From assembly GCA_965230925.1 (NCBI GenBank), contig OZ246403.1, positions 596,230-644,540 on the forward strand: a stretch of 48,311 nt of DNA. The letters run 5' to 3'. Source of the stretch: an uncultured Candidatus Saccharibacteria bacterium (GTDB lineage Bacteria; Patescibacteriota; Minisyncoccia; Phycocordibacterales; JACOZG01). Positions 33,516 to 42,444 of this stretch are shown in pieces. The position numbers were made by a program, and so were the translations under genes. Position 1 is the stretch's first letter. Every line of letters begins with the position of its first letter. The notes beneath the pieces are model-generated. The model searched no databases, was not told where the DNA came from, and saw nothing but the letters and a program-made list of their open reading frames with translations.

Positions 33516-34565
33516 ATGAGTGAGCTCGCGCTATATCGCAAATATCGGCCGGGGAAGTTTGGCGAAGTGATTGGCCAGGAGCCGATTATTAAGGCGCTAC
33601 TCGGAAGTCTGAAATTGGGTCGTATTGCTCACGCTTATCTTCTCGCCGGTCCGCGCGGGACGGGTAAGACGACGATTGCCCGTCTCTTAGCTCGAGAACT
33701 TGAGGCGAGCGCCAATGATATTTATGAAATTGATGGGGCCAGCAATCGCGGCATTGATGAAATTCGAGAATTGCGCGAGGCGGTCTTGACCCTACCCTTC
33801 GACTCGCCGCGCAAAGTTTATATTATCGACGAGGTGCACATGCTCACGCGTGAGGCCTTCAACGCGCTTTTGAAGACGCTCGAAGAGCCGCCGGCGCATG
33901 TTGTTTTTATTTTTGCCACCACCGAGCTGAACAAAGTTCCGGAGACGATTGTTTCGCGTTGCCAAACTTTTGCTTTTAAGAAGCCGGGGACAACCGATCT
34001 TCTCGCCGCTATTAAACGCGCGGTGAAGGGTGAAGGTTGGGAAGTGGAACCAGCCGCGGCGGAGGCCATAGCGCTCGCAAGCGATGGTTCTTTCCGCGAT
34101 GCGCTCGGGCTCTTGCAACAAGTAGCGGGAGCATCAAAAGACAAGAAAATTACAGTCAGTGAAGTCGAAGATTTGGCCGGGTTGCCGAAAATGGCTCTCG
34201 TGCGCGAGTTTATCTCGGCGACACTTGATGGTGATCTTGCCCGATCGCTGAAAGCCGTGAATGATAATTTAAATGCCGGTCGTGAGACTTTAATTTTCCT
34301 CAAACTTGCCTTGCGTCAACTCCGCGAGGCATTGCTTCTTCGTCTCGCGCCAGAACTTCATGATCAAATTGCCAAAAATTTATCGCCCGATGATGAGAAA
34401 TTTCTCGAAACTATTGGTAAGCACGCTAATGCCAATGAACTACCCAAAATTCTTAAAGCTCTGCTAGAAGTGTATGACGATGTTCGTTTGGCCTACTTGC
34501 CCGCCTTGCCGCTTGAATTAGCGTTGGTGCGCCTCGGCCAATCTGGCCTCCAAGAGAAGAAATAG
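33516..34565 (+). CDS. dnaX: DNA polymerase III subunit gamma/tau (short form)
   Basis: YRPGKFGEVIGQ, Walker A GPRGTGKTT, Walker B IIDEVHML and SRC motif VSRCQ. Start set at ATG 33516, giving 349 aa. Confidence 0.9.
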   Translation: MSELALYRKYRPGKFGEVIGQEPIIKALLGSLKLGRIAHAYLLAGPRGTGKTTIARLLARELEASANDIYEIDGASNRGIDEIRELREAVLTLPFDSPRKVYIIDEVHMLTREAFNALLKTLEEPPAHVVFIFATTELNKVPETIVSRCQTFAFKKPGTTDLLAAIKRAVKGEGWEVEPAAAEAIALASDGSFRDALGLLQQVAGASKDKKITVSEVEDLAGLPKMALVREFISATLDGDLARSLKAVNDNLNAGRETLIFLKLALRQLREALLLRLAPELHDQIAKNLSPDDEKFLETIGKHANANELPKILKALLEVYDDVRLAYLPALPLELALVRLGQSGLQEKK

Positions 34566-35234
34566 GGGGAATTCTTTGCGGGCCAGGTCTTCGGATTTTT
34601 GCCGCGGACCTTTGCCGCTTTGTTTGTGCGAAATCCATTCTTCGAGTCGCGTGATGGCAAAATTGTTTTTTGTGAGAGCTTTGAAGAAGTCTTGGAGCGA
34701 GTGATGGTAAGAAATGGTTTCGGCGCTCTGTCGAGTGCCAGGATGCATGGTGATCGCGACCTTCTCGGCCGATAAGTAGCGATCGAGACGGCGGTACTGA
34801 ACTTTATTTGCTTCATCAAATTCCCAACTCGAGTGTTTGGGAATGCGGAAGGCTGGGTGATTAAGGACGAGAACGAGTCTGCCACGAGGTTTGAGCACGC
34901 GCGCCGCTTCAGCCATCGGCGCGCCAAGATCCGCCATATTTTGGAGCGCGAGAATTATTGTGACGGTGTCGAAATTTTTATCTTTGGCAAAATGTAATTT
35001 CTCAGCCGCCGCGACATGGAAACTTATTTCTGGACCCCTTTCCTTGGCGCGCTTCACGAGCTCTGGCGAGATATCTGCACCAGTCACCGTCGCGCCGGTC
35101 TTGGCGAATTCACGGGTGAAGAACCCTTGGCCGCAAGCCACGTCGAGTACCGCTTCACCCTTTTTCAAACTAAGCAGGCGCAACAAGTTCGGCAAAATTA
35201 CTTGCGCCTGATAACTATCCGTGCTTTCTTCCAA
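34518..35234 (-). CDS. class I SAM-dependent methyltransferase (Methyltransf_11-like); true start probably upstream, up to ~35291
   Basis: VLDVACGQGFFT SAM motif and LKPRGRLVLV. The track start is a TTG. The in-frame upstream codons encode KKENSTSWNKVAEWYDDH, which looks like the genuine N-terminus, but there is no ATG/GTG/TTG before the in-frame TAG at 35298-35300. Confidence 0.8.
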   Translation of the reverse strand: MEESTDSYQAQVILPNLLRLLSLKKGEAVLDVACGQGFFTREFAKTGATVTGADISPELVKRAKERGPEISFHVAAAEKLHFAKDKNFDTVTIILALQNMADLGAPMAEAARVLKPRGRLVLVLNHPAFRIPKHSSWEFDEANKVQYRRLDRYLSAEKVAITMHPGTRQSAETISYHHSLQDFFKALTKNNFAITRLEEWISHKQSGKGPRQKSEDLARKEFPLFLLLEARLAEAHQR

Positions 35235-35297
35235 GTGGTCGTCATACCACTCGGCAACCTTATTCCAAGATGTAGAATTTTCTTTTTTCAGAACTAA

Positions 35298-35834
35298 CTA
35301 GAACAATCCGAAGATTAAAGAGGCGAGTATCCAAACGAGAATAATGGTGAAGAAAATCATTCCTCCCGAAGCTTGTCTCCGGCGCAACATATTGTTTCCT
35401 TCTCGCTCAAGACAAGTGACAACAATCACAAGAGAAGAAAAAGCGGCGATGGCGATGGAAGAAAGTGATTGATGGAGAACCTTCCCAGCGACCACTTCCC
35501 AGATCGCCAGAATGCCGAAGAGGGCAAGCAAGGCCACCGCGAGAATTAAGATTGAAACGGTAACTACGCGCAAACCTCGGAAGGCAGCCTTAGATCCGCC
35601 TACAGCCACGGCTGGAGCGAGACCCGCATCTGGTGCCACCACCTGGCGATCGAGGAAGTGATCGGCCGTCATTACAATCACCGCCACCACGGCAAGTAAG
35701 CCAATTGATTGAAACGATTTCGAAATCACATCATCTTGGAAGAATTCCCACACGCCCAAAATAGAAACAACACTGAGAATAATAACCGAGAGAATAAAGA
35801 GATATGCGGCAATGTCCGCTACTTTTTTCATCAT
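35298..35834 (-). CDS. hypothetical polytopic membrane protein
   Basis: About 5 hydrophobic helices. Start is ambiguous: ATG 35870, or the ATGATG pair at 35834/35831 (MMKKVADIAAYLF). Confidence 0.5.
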   Translation of the reverse strand: MMKKVADIAAYLFILSVIILSVVSILGVWEFFQDDVISKSFQSIGLLAVVAVIVMTADHFLDRQVVAPDAGLAPAVAVGGSKAAFRGLRVVTVSILILAVALLALFGILAIWEVVAGKVLHQSLSSIAIAAFSSLVIVVTCLEREGNNMLRRRQASGGMIFFTIILVWILASLIFGLF

Positions 35835-35899
35835 AATGTTCAAACAATTAATGGCCAATAATAAGTTCAATAATACCCCAAGTCTTGGTTTCCGTACAG

Positions 35900-37381
35900 C
35901 TAAGCGTACTTCTCTTCTAGATACTGAATGAAGTGGCGACTGTTGAGGGGTTCTCCTGTCACTTTTTTAACCAGCTCGCTCGCTTTATAGAGCTTGCCGC
36001 GTGAATGAATGTGGGTGCGAAGCCAAGCGTTAATTTCCACGAATTTGCCACTTGTGATCAACTTTTTCAGGTTCGGCAAAGTTGTGTTCATCGCTTGGTA
36101 AAATTGAGCCGCGTAGAGATTGCCGAGGCTGTAGGTGGGGAAGTAGCCTATGAGACCGGCCGACCAGTGCACGTCTTGGAGTACGCCAAGTGAATCACTG
36201 GGTACCTCAATGCCAAAATAGTCTTTCATCTTCGCGCGCCAAATAGCGGGTAAATCCTTGGCTTCAACCGAGCCTTCGATTAATTCTTTCTCAATTTCGA
36301 AGCGCGCAATGATGTGGAGATTGTAGGTCACTTCGTCGGCCTCGGTGCGAATGAGTGACGGCCTCACTTCATTGATGATTTTATAAAATTCTGCGAGCGG
36401 GAGCTTCTTGAAGGGCACTGGGAATTCTTTTTGTAATGTTGGGTAGAAGTGTTTCCAGAATTCTAAACTTTTGCCAATCTGATTTTCCCACATTCGCGAT
36501 TGTGATTCGTGAATGCCGAGCGAAATGGCCTCGGCCAAGGGCGTGCCGAAGTGCTCCAGCGGCAAGCCTTGCTCGTAGAGACCGTGACCCGCTTCGTGAA
36601 TGGTGGAGCCGAGCGAATATACCAAATCATCTTCTCGGTACCGCGTAGTAATACGCACATCGCCTGGGTGCGAGCCAGAGGTGAAGGGGTGTGTGCTGGT
36701 GTCGAGGCGGCCGGCAGCGAAGTCGAAGCCGATGCTCTTGGCGATAAAGGCATTGAACGTCGCTTGTTTATCGAGCGAGAATTTGCCCTTCGTTTTGCTT
36801 AGATTAACTTTCGCTTCTTTCGCTCTAACTTTCTTAATGAATGGGATCAGAAAATCTTTCAAATCATCGAAAATGGTTACGATTTCTTGCGTCGTCATAC
36901 CGGGTTCATACACGTCGAGCAAGGCATCGTAGGGAGAATTTTTATAACCCACGAGTTTCGCTTCCTTTTGCTTAAGCGCAACAATTTTCTCGAGCCAAGG
37001 TAAAAATAATTTGAAGTCATTTTGCTTTCGCGCTTCAGCCCAAACACTTTGCGCCTTCGATTCTACGGCCGCAAGTTCTTGCACAAAGGCTTTCGGTAAC
37101 TTCTTCTGCCGAGCGAAACTCCGCCAGGTTTCGGCCACAATCACGGCCTCCTTTCCTTTCAACTTTTTACTTTCAAATTGTTTTTCAAGCTTAGTCAGCA
37201 AACCATCTTCGTCGAGGGCAATAAACTTCTCATGAATAATCCCGCTCAACTCCGCAATCGCCGCCGCCCGAATATCCGCGCCCTTCGGCGGCACATTCAC
37301 TTCCTGATCCCAAAACAACAGGCTCCTAATAACCTCCAAATGTGCGATTTCTTTTAGTCGTTTTTTTAGTTCTTCAATCAT
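35900..37381 (-). CDS. M32 carboxypeptidase (Taq-type metallocarboxypeptidase)
   Basis: Signature motifs HPF, DVRITTRY, HEAGH zinc site and IHESQSR. Confidence 0.9.
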   Translation of the reverse strand: MIEELKKRLKEIAHLEVIRSLLFWDQEVNVPPKGADIRAAAIAELSGIIHEKFIALDEDGLLTKLEKQFESKKLKGKEAVIVAETWRSFARQKKLPKAFVQELAAVESKAQSVWAEARKQNDFKLFLPWLEKIVALKQKEAKLVGYKNSPYDALLDVYEPGMTTQEIVTIFDDLKDFLIPFIKKVRAKEAKVNLSKTKGKFSLDKQATFNAFIAKSIGFDFAAGRLDTSTHPFTSGSHPGDVRITTRYREDDLVYSLGSTIHEAGHGLYEQGLPLEHFGTPLAEAISLGIHESQSRMWENQIGKSLEFWKHFYPTLQKEFPVPFKKLPLAEFYKIINEVRPSLIRTEADEVTYNLHIIARFEIEKELIEGSVEAKDLPAIWRAKMKDYFGIEVPSDSLGVLQDVHWSAGLIGYFPTYSLGNLYAAQFYQAMNTTLPNLKKLITSGKFVEINAWLRTHIHSRGKLYKASELVKKVTGEPLNSRHFIQYLEEKYA

Positions 37382-38517
37382 TACGGTTTTTCATTAATCA
37401 ATTCGCGGACGAGGCGCTGGTAACTGGGTCCGCCGAACCACGAGAAGAGGAGTGGTTGCAGAGCGCCGCTGAGAAGTCTGGAGGTCAGGAGTTTGTGAAG
37501 AAGAACAGAATGTCGAGCCAGCTTGGCGATACGTGGTTTACGACGTTTTTCGTATTTACTGAAGGCCACCTGATAACTCTCGTTGGTAGCAATTTCTTCC
37601 GCCAAGACATACGCATCTTCCATGGCCATTGAGGCGCCCATACCGAGGAGTGGTGAGAAAGCGTGAACGGCATCTCCGGCGAGGACCACCCGGCCTTTAT
37701 GCCAGACTTTGCCCCGTAGTTCATTGTCGTCGTGATGGAAGGCATGAGCGCGATCTGCTGAAAGATTATTTAAGATTGAGGCAATCGCGGGGTTGGTGGC
37801 CGCAAATTCGCCAAAGAGACTTTGGAGAGGAAAGGATTGATCATACTCATGCTCAGCCGCCGCGGTGCCAAAGAAGACCATCATCCCTTGCGAGCTCCGG
37901 CTGGGGAAGGTGCCCAGGAGTTTGCGCTGGCCAATATAATTGGTGATCGTGTGTGAGACGCCAGGCGCCGTGGGGAGCCAGGTCATCCAATAACTAAAGC
38001 CAGAATATCGCCCTCGGAGGGTGGGGTCCACGATGGTGCGAATTTGCGAATTGATTCCGTCGGTGCCAATTACCAAATCGTAACTATCTTTACTGCCGTC
38101 GCTCAAGGTCACCTGTACTGCATCTTTGTCTTGATGTAATTCAGCCACGGTGGTATTGGTCCGAATATCAGCGCCCGCATTTTGTTCGAGTAGAACTGCT
38201 TGGAGCACGGATCGCTCGAGCTCCAGACAGGGCAGATCGCCGCCGAAGCTCGACATGGGGCAACTCCAGATCTCTTTACTCGCCAGGTCGCGGATAATAT
38301 ATTTCTCCAGAATTTCGCTCCTCTCGATTATTGTTTTCTCCAGGCCGAGATATTTCAGAATTGATAAGCCGTTGGGGAAGAGACCAATCACGTAACCAAT
38401 CGTTTCGAACTTTGGTGCGCGTTCAATGAGCGTGGCGGTGATTCCGCGTTTTTTGAGGCAAGCGAGTAAGGTGAGGCCCGCAATTCCGCCACCTACAATG
38501 AGTATTTTTTTTGACAC
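37381..38517 (-). CDS. FAD-dependent monooxygenase (UbiH/salicylate-hydroxylase-like)
   Basis: ILIVGGGIAGL dinucleotide-binding fold, and GDAVHAFSPLLGMGASMAMEDA FAD/substrate motif. Confidence 0.8.
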   Translation of the reverse strand: MSKKILIVGGGIAGLTLLACLKKRGITATLIERAPKFETIGYVIGLFPNGLSILKYLGLEKTIIERSEILEKYIIRDLASKEIWSCPMSSFGGDLPCLELERSVLQAVLLEQNAGADIRTNTTVAELHQDKDAVQVTLSDGSKDSYDLVIGTDGINSQIRTIVDPTLRGRYSGFSYWMTWLPTAPGVSHTITNYIGQRKLLGTFPSRSSQGMMVFFGTAAAEHEYDQSFPLQSLFGEFAATNPAIASILNNLSADRAHAFHHDDNELRGKVWHKGRVVLAGDAVHAFSPLLGMGASMAMEDAYVLAEEIATNESYQVAFSKYEKRRKPRIAKLARHSVLLHKLLTSRLLSGALQPLLFSWFGGPSYQRLVRELINEKP

Positions 38518-38582
38518 TCGTTTTAATTTATATCACACCGCTTGAGTAAATGCTCTTTTTCCAGTATTTTATAGGCATTCCT

Positions 38583-38653
38583 TGCCGGCTCGTCTAATGG
38601 TAGGACATCGCCCTCTGGAGGCGAGTATTGGGGTTCGAGTCCCTGGCCGGCAG
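38583..38653 (+). tRNA. tRNA-Gln (anticodon CUG)
   Basis: U1-A72 acceptor TGCCGGC/GCCGGCA with discriminator G73, as in E. coli tRNA-Gln. Anticodon arm TCGCC-CTCTGGA-GGCGA, T-loop TTCGAGT. Confidence 0.85.
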
Positions 38654-38683
38654 TTAGGGTGATTATTAATTAACTTCACAACA

Positions 38684-39136
38684 ATGGATAAAAAACATTT
38701 TGAACCGAGAAATTTAGAGCATTACAGCTTTATTTGGTCACAAGCGCGTTTGCTCGTGGCGGCCGTGGCCTTACTCATCGGTGGTGTGCCGGTCTTGCGC
38801 GCGGTGCTCCCTATGGTGGCGCTCTCTGGATTAGTGAACTTGGTGCTCACACTCACCTGGATTATCTCCGGCGTCGCCTCGGGCTATCTGCTCTACCGTT
38901 ACGTCAAGAATCAGCAAATGATCTTTGGCGGCAGAAATCAGCGTGATCGCGTGGCTTTCCTTATCTCCATTATTTCTGGTTTCAATCTTGGTCTCACCGG
39001 CCTCACGGGCAATAATATCGGCATGTCGATTTCCTCTGATCGCGTGATCTTCGCCATTGTGGCAATCATTTACCTCATCACCCTCGTTTATCTCCACAAA
39101 CGCTGGCAAGCCTCGGGTAAAAAGTTGTTTGGGTAG
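38684..39136 (+). CDS. hypothetical 4-TM membrane protein
   Basis: 150-aa ORF with four hydrophobic segments. No family recognised. Confidence 0.5.
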   Translation: MDKKHFEPRNLEHYSFIWSQARLLVAAVALLIGGVPVLRAVLPMVALSGLVNLVLTLTWIISGVASGYLLYRYVKNQQMIFGGRNQRDRVAFLISIISGFNLGLTGLTGNNIGMSISSDRVIFAIVAIIYLITLVYLHKRWQASGKKLFG

Positions 39137-39145
39137 ATTGTTAAA

Positions 39146-39532
39146 ATGAAAACAGTTGTCCTTTGTGGTAGTCGTCGCTTCAAGCCAGAAATGCGAGAAT
39201 TTGGAAAAAGGCTCAAGGAGCTCGGGGTTGTTGTCTTTGAACCCTATCTACACTCTGGTCAGGAGGAGTGGGCCAAAATGTCAGAGGACTACAAAAAGTT
39301 TATCGCTCTCGGGTTAACTCATGACCATTTTTACAAGATTAAAATGGCTGAAGTTGTTTTTGTTTATAACAAAGATGGATATGTTGGGAATAGTACAACC
39401 CTTGAGATTGGTTATGCCGTTGCCCTAGGTAAACCGATTTACGCTTTGAGTAATGATGAAGAATTATGTCGCCACGTTTTATTTAGGGAGATAGTTTCCT
39501 CCCCAGAAGAGCTATTGAAGAAATTAAGTTAA
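39146..39532 (+). CDS. nucleoside 2-deoxyribosyltransferase-like (Rossmann-like) protein
   Basis: N-terminal VVLCGSRRF, and C-terminal GNSTTLEIGYAVALGKPIYAL, which resembles the NDT/DNPH1-type (d)G..fE.GyA.a.gKP motif with its catalytic Glu. Confidence 0.45.
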   Translation: MKTVVLCGSRRFKPEMREFGKRLKELGVVVFEPYLHSGQEEWAKMSEDYKKFIALGLTHDHFYKIKMAEVVFVYNKDGYVGNSTTLEIGYAVALGKPIYALSNDEELCRHVLFREIVSSPEELLKKLS

Positions 39533-39534
39533 CG

Positions 39535-39852
39535 ATGAAAACCTTTACTCAACGCGTGATTGAGATTGCTTTATCGATACCGAAGGGAAGGGTGACGACG
39601 TATGGCAGGATTGCCAAGGCGGCGGGGGCGGGACCGATGGCGGCGCAAAGTATTACGAGCATTCTCGCCAAAGCGTGGGATGAAGGAGAGAAAAGGATCC
39701 CATTTCATCGTATTGTCTACGCCGATGGGCACATTTGGGTAGATCGCAAACATCGCGCCGAGCGCCTTGCGCTCTATAAGAAAGAAGGAATTAAGCTCGA
39801 CAAAAAGGATCGGATTGAGAATTTCCGGGACAAGTTGATTGACCTTGACTAA
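39535..39852 (+). CDS. alkyltransferase-like (ATL) / MGMT DNA-binding-domain protein lacking the acceptor cysteine
   Basis: IPKGRVTTYGRIAKAAG helix-turn-helix, and IPFHRIV where MGMT has PCHRV. 105 aa, i.e. the C-terminal domain only. Confidence 0.7.
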   Translation: MKTFTQRVIEIALSIPKGRVTTYGRIAKAAGAGPMAAQSITSILAKAWDEGEKRIPFHRIVYADGHIWVDRKHRAERLALYKKEGIKLDKKDRIENFRDKLIDLD

Positions 39853-39955
39853 TCCTTAATCGTCAATTACTCTTCGGGGAGAAAGTAACTAGTTAGTAAC
39901 ACTTTGTTTGCTTGGTGCAGACAAAGTTTTGCTTGCGATATACAGGAGTTCCTTG

Positions 39956-41170
39956 ATGTTAGTAGCTACTCTCATTCGGGTTTACCCAGTGTTTAGAGAA
40001 CGGAATTTTCGTTTGTTTTTTTACGGACAGATTATTTCGTTTATGGGGACATGGCTTCAGATAACTACTGAAGGGTGGTTGGTGCTCAAGCTCACCAACT
40101 CGCCGATGTGGGTCGGGTTGATTTCCTGCTTGATGCTTCTGCCCAGTTTTATCCTCGCGCCAATTGGTGGTGCCATCGTCGATCAGTTCGACAAGAGGAA
40201 GGTTTTGTTTGCGACCTCGATCTCATCAATGATTCAGGCCTTGGTTCTCGGCGTCCTTACCTTAACCGGCTGGGTTACCATTGGCCACGTCACCGTTCTT
40301 GCCTTTTTGCTCGGTGTCATTACTTCTGTTGATGCTCCAGCACGCAGGGCCTTCATTGGTGATATTGTGCAGGAGGACGATCTTCATGGTGCCATCGGAT
40401 TCAACACCTTTCTTGTCATGCTTGCCCAGGCCATTGGTTCAGGTCTTGCGGGCTTTGCGATTTTAGCAATCGGTATTGGTGGAACCTTTATTCTCAATGG
40501 TGTGAGTTACCTGGCGGTGGTCATTACCCTTGTGCTCATGCACTTGGCGCCGCGGGTGAAGCCGCTTGGGAATGGATCCCTTTGGCAAATGACAGTGGAA
40601 GCAGGTCGTTACACCTTTAGAAGTAAAAGACTACGGCCTCTTATCCTTTTCTCTCTGGCCACGGCGACGTTTGGTTTTTCTTGTCGCCCGATTATTCCCG
40701 TTATCACTGACGCTTTGTTCTACTCCGATCCTCGGGTGTTGGGCTACCTTTCAGCGGCGCTTGCGCTGGGGGCGGTAATTGGAGCACTTTTCCAGGCTTC
40801 CTCCTGGGGGAGAAACTTAAGCTTCCGTCGAGCAATTGGCGGAGGAATAGGTATAGGAGCAATAATGGTCCTTCTCTCGTGGAGTGATTCCCTCTTTTTC
40901 AACTTAACCTACCTGGCGGTATTGGGCGTTACCTTCACGGTGACTTCCAATTCAATCCAAACAACTCTCCAAAGAATCGTTATGGAAGAAGAGAGGGGAA
41001 TGCTTGCGCGAGTTCTCGGCTTTGCCATCGCGCTTTACCTTGGTGGTATGGCCGTTGGCAACTTCGGTATTGGGCTTCTCGCCCAACACTGGGGGCACGG
41101 TGTGGCCCTGCGCTCAGAGGGTGTCGTTCTTCTCATCGTTGGAATATTCTTTCTTTTCCGGCGAGTTTGA
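39956..41170 (+). CDS. MFS transporter
   Basis: About 12 TM helices. N-terminal FRERNFRLFFYGQIISFMGTW is typical of the MFS_3/EntS-like subfamily. Start set at ATG 39956, which has CAGGAG 8 nt upstream. Confidence 0.75.
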   Translation: MLVATLIRVYPVFRERNFRLFFYGQIISFMGTWLQITTEGWLVLKLTNSPMWVGLISCLMLLPSFILAPIGGAIVDQFDKRKVLFATSISSMIQALVLGVLTLTGWVTIGHVTVLAFLLGVITSVDAPARRAFIGDIVQEDDLHGAIGFNTFLVMLAQAIGSGLAGFAILAIGIGGTFILNGVSYLAVVITLVLMHLAPRVKPLGNGSLWQMTVEAGRYTFRSKRLRPLILFSLATATFGFSCRPIIPVITDALFYSDPRVLGYLSAALALGAVIGALFQASSWGRNLSFRRAIGGGIGIGAIMVLLSWSDSLFFNLTYLAVLGVTFTVTSNSIQTTLQRIVMEEERGMLARVLGFAIALYLGGMAVGNFGIGLLAQHWGHGVALRSEGVVLLIVGIFFLFRRV

Positions 41171-41188
41171 AGTCTAAGTAAACTTAAA

Positions 41189-41225
41189 GGGGGTCGTCCA
41201 AAATGGACGACCCCCTATCTTTTTG
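41189..41225 (+). terminator. rho-independent terminator
   Basis: Perfect 12-bp stem GGGGGTCGTCCA / TGGACGACCCCC with an AAA loop, then TATCTTTTTG. Confidence 0.75.
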
Positions 41226-41280
41226 TATTGAATTTGACAAATTCTAAATCTTCATATATTATAGCCGGCAAATAGTTAAT

Positions 41281-42444
41281 ATGTATCGAAAACAGTTTCG
41301 GCCCCGGCAATCTGGCGGCCCACGTCGTGGAGGTCCTAAAGGTCAGTTTATTGATCCGAAGCGCTTCATTAATAAGGCGATTATTACGGAAGAAGTGGTT
41401 GATTTTAAGCCCGAACATAAGTTCGAGGATTTTGCCATTGATGCGAGTTTGAAGGCCGCCATTAAAGCGCGCGGTTATGTATTGCCCACACCCATTCAAG
41501 ATCGGGCGATTCCGCATGTGTTGAAGGGTGAAGATATTGTGGGTATCGCCAATACCGGGACGGGTAAAACAGGTGCTTTTCTCATTCCTTTGCTCAATAA
41601 AATTGTGAAGAACCCGAAGGAGCAAGTGCTCGTAATGGTGCCCACGCGCGAGCTCGCGATTCAGATTGATGAGGAGCTCAAGAGTCTCGCTAAAAATATG
41701 CGCATCTACTCGGTCTGTTGCGTCGGCGGCGCGAGTATTGGCAATCAGATTCGCCAACTCCAATATCAATATCATTTTATTATCGGCACGCCAGGGCGCT
41801 TGAAGGACCTTATTGAGCGCAAGAAAATTTTCCTCCATGAATTTAAAACCGTGGTTCTCGACGAGGCGGACCGCATGCTCGACATGGGTTTCATTAATGA
41901 TATGCGAACGATTATGTCGGGGATGCCGAAAGTGCGACATACCCTATTTTTCTCTGCTACGATTTCTTCCGAGATTGATCGCTTGATTGGCGAATTTCTC
42001 AAAAATCCGGTGAAAATTTCTGTAAAAACGGGCGACACGGCGAAGAATGTGGATCAAGATGTGATCCGCGTGAAACCGGGCGCCGACAAGCTCGATGTGC
42101 TCCACGATCTCTTGAATCAAAAAGAATTTAGTAAAGTAATTATCTTTGGTCGAACCAAACATGGCGTGGAGAAGCTCTCAAAGCTCTTGGTGAAAAAGGG
42201 TCTTAAGGCCGACTCCATTCACGGCGACAAGAATCACAGCAAGCGTCAGCAGGCCTTGCGTCTCTTTAAAAATAATGAAGTCAGTGTCCTCGTGGCCACC
42301 GACGTAGCCGCGCGCGGTCTCGATATTCCTGATGTGAGCCATGTCATCAACTTCGACCTCCCTGCTACCTACGACGACTATGTGCACCGCATTGGTCGCA
42401 CCGGCCGCGGTAACAAAAAGGGTAAAGCGCTGACGTTTATTTAA
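41281..42444 (+). CDS. DEAD-box ATP-dependent RNA helicase
   Basis: Q-motif region, NTGTGKTGAF, PTRELA, DEAD, SAT, and HRIGRTGRG. The N-terminus is basic and Arg/Gly-rich. Confidence 0.95.
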   Translation: MYRKQFRPRQSGGPRRGGPKGQFIDPKRFINKAIITEEVVDFKPEHKFEDFAIDASLKAAIKARGYVLPTPIQDRAIPHVLKGEDIVGIANTGTGKTGAFLIPLLNKIVKNPKEQVLVMVPTRELAIQIDEELKSLAKNMRIYSVCCVGGASIGNQIRQLQYQYHFIIGTPGRLKDLIERKKIFLHEFKTVVLDEADRMLDMGFINDMRTIMSGMPKVRHTLFFSATISSEIDRLIGEFLKNPVKISVKTGDTAKNVDQDVIRVKPGADKLDVLHDLLNQKEFSKVIIFGRTKHGVEKLSKLLVKKGLKADSIHGDKNHSKRQQALRLFKNNEVSVLVATDVAARGLDIPDVSHVINFDLPATYDDYVHRIGRTGRGNKKGKALTFI

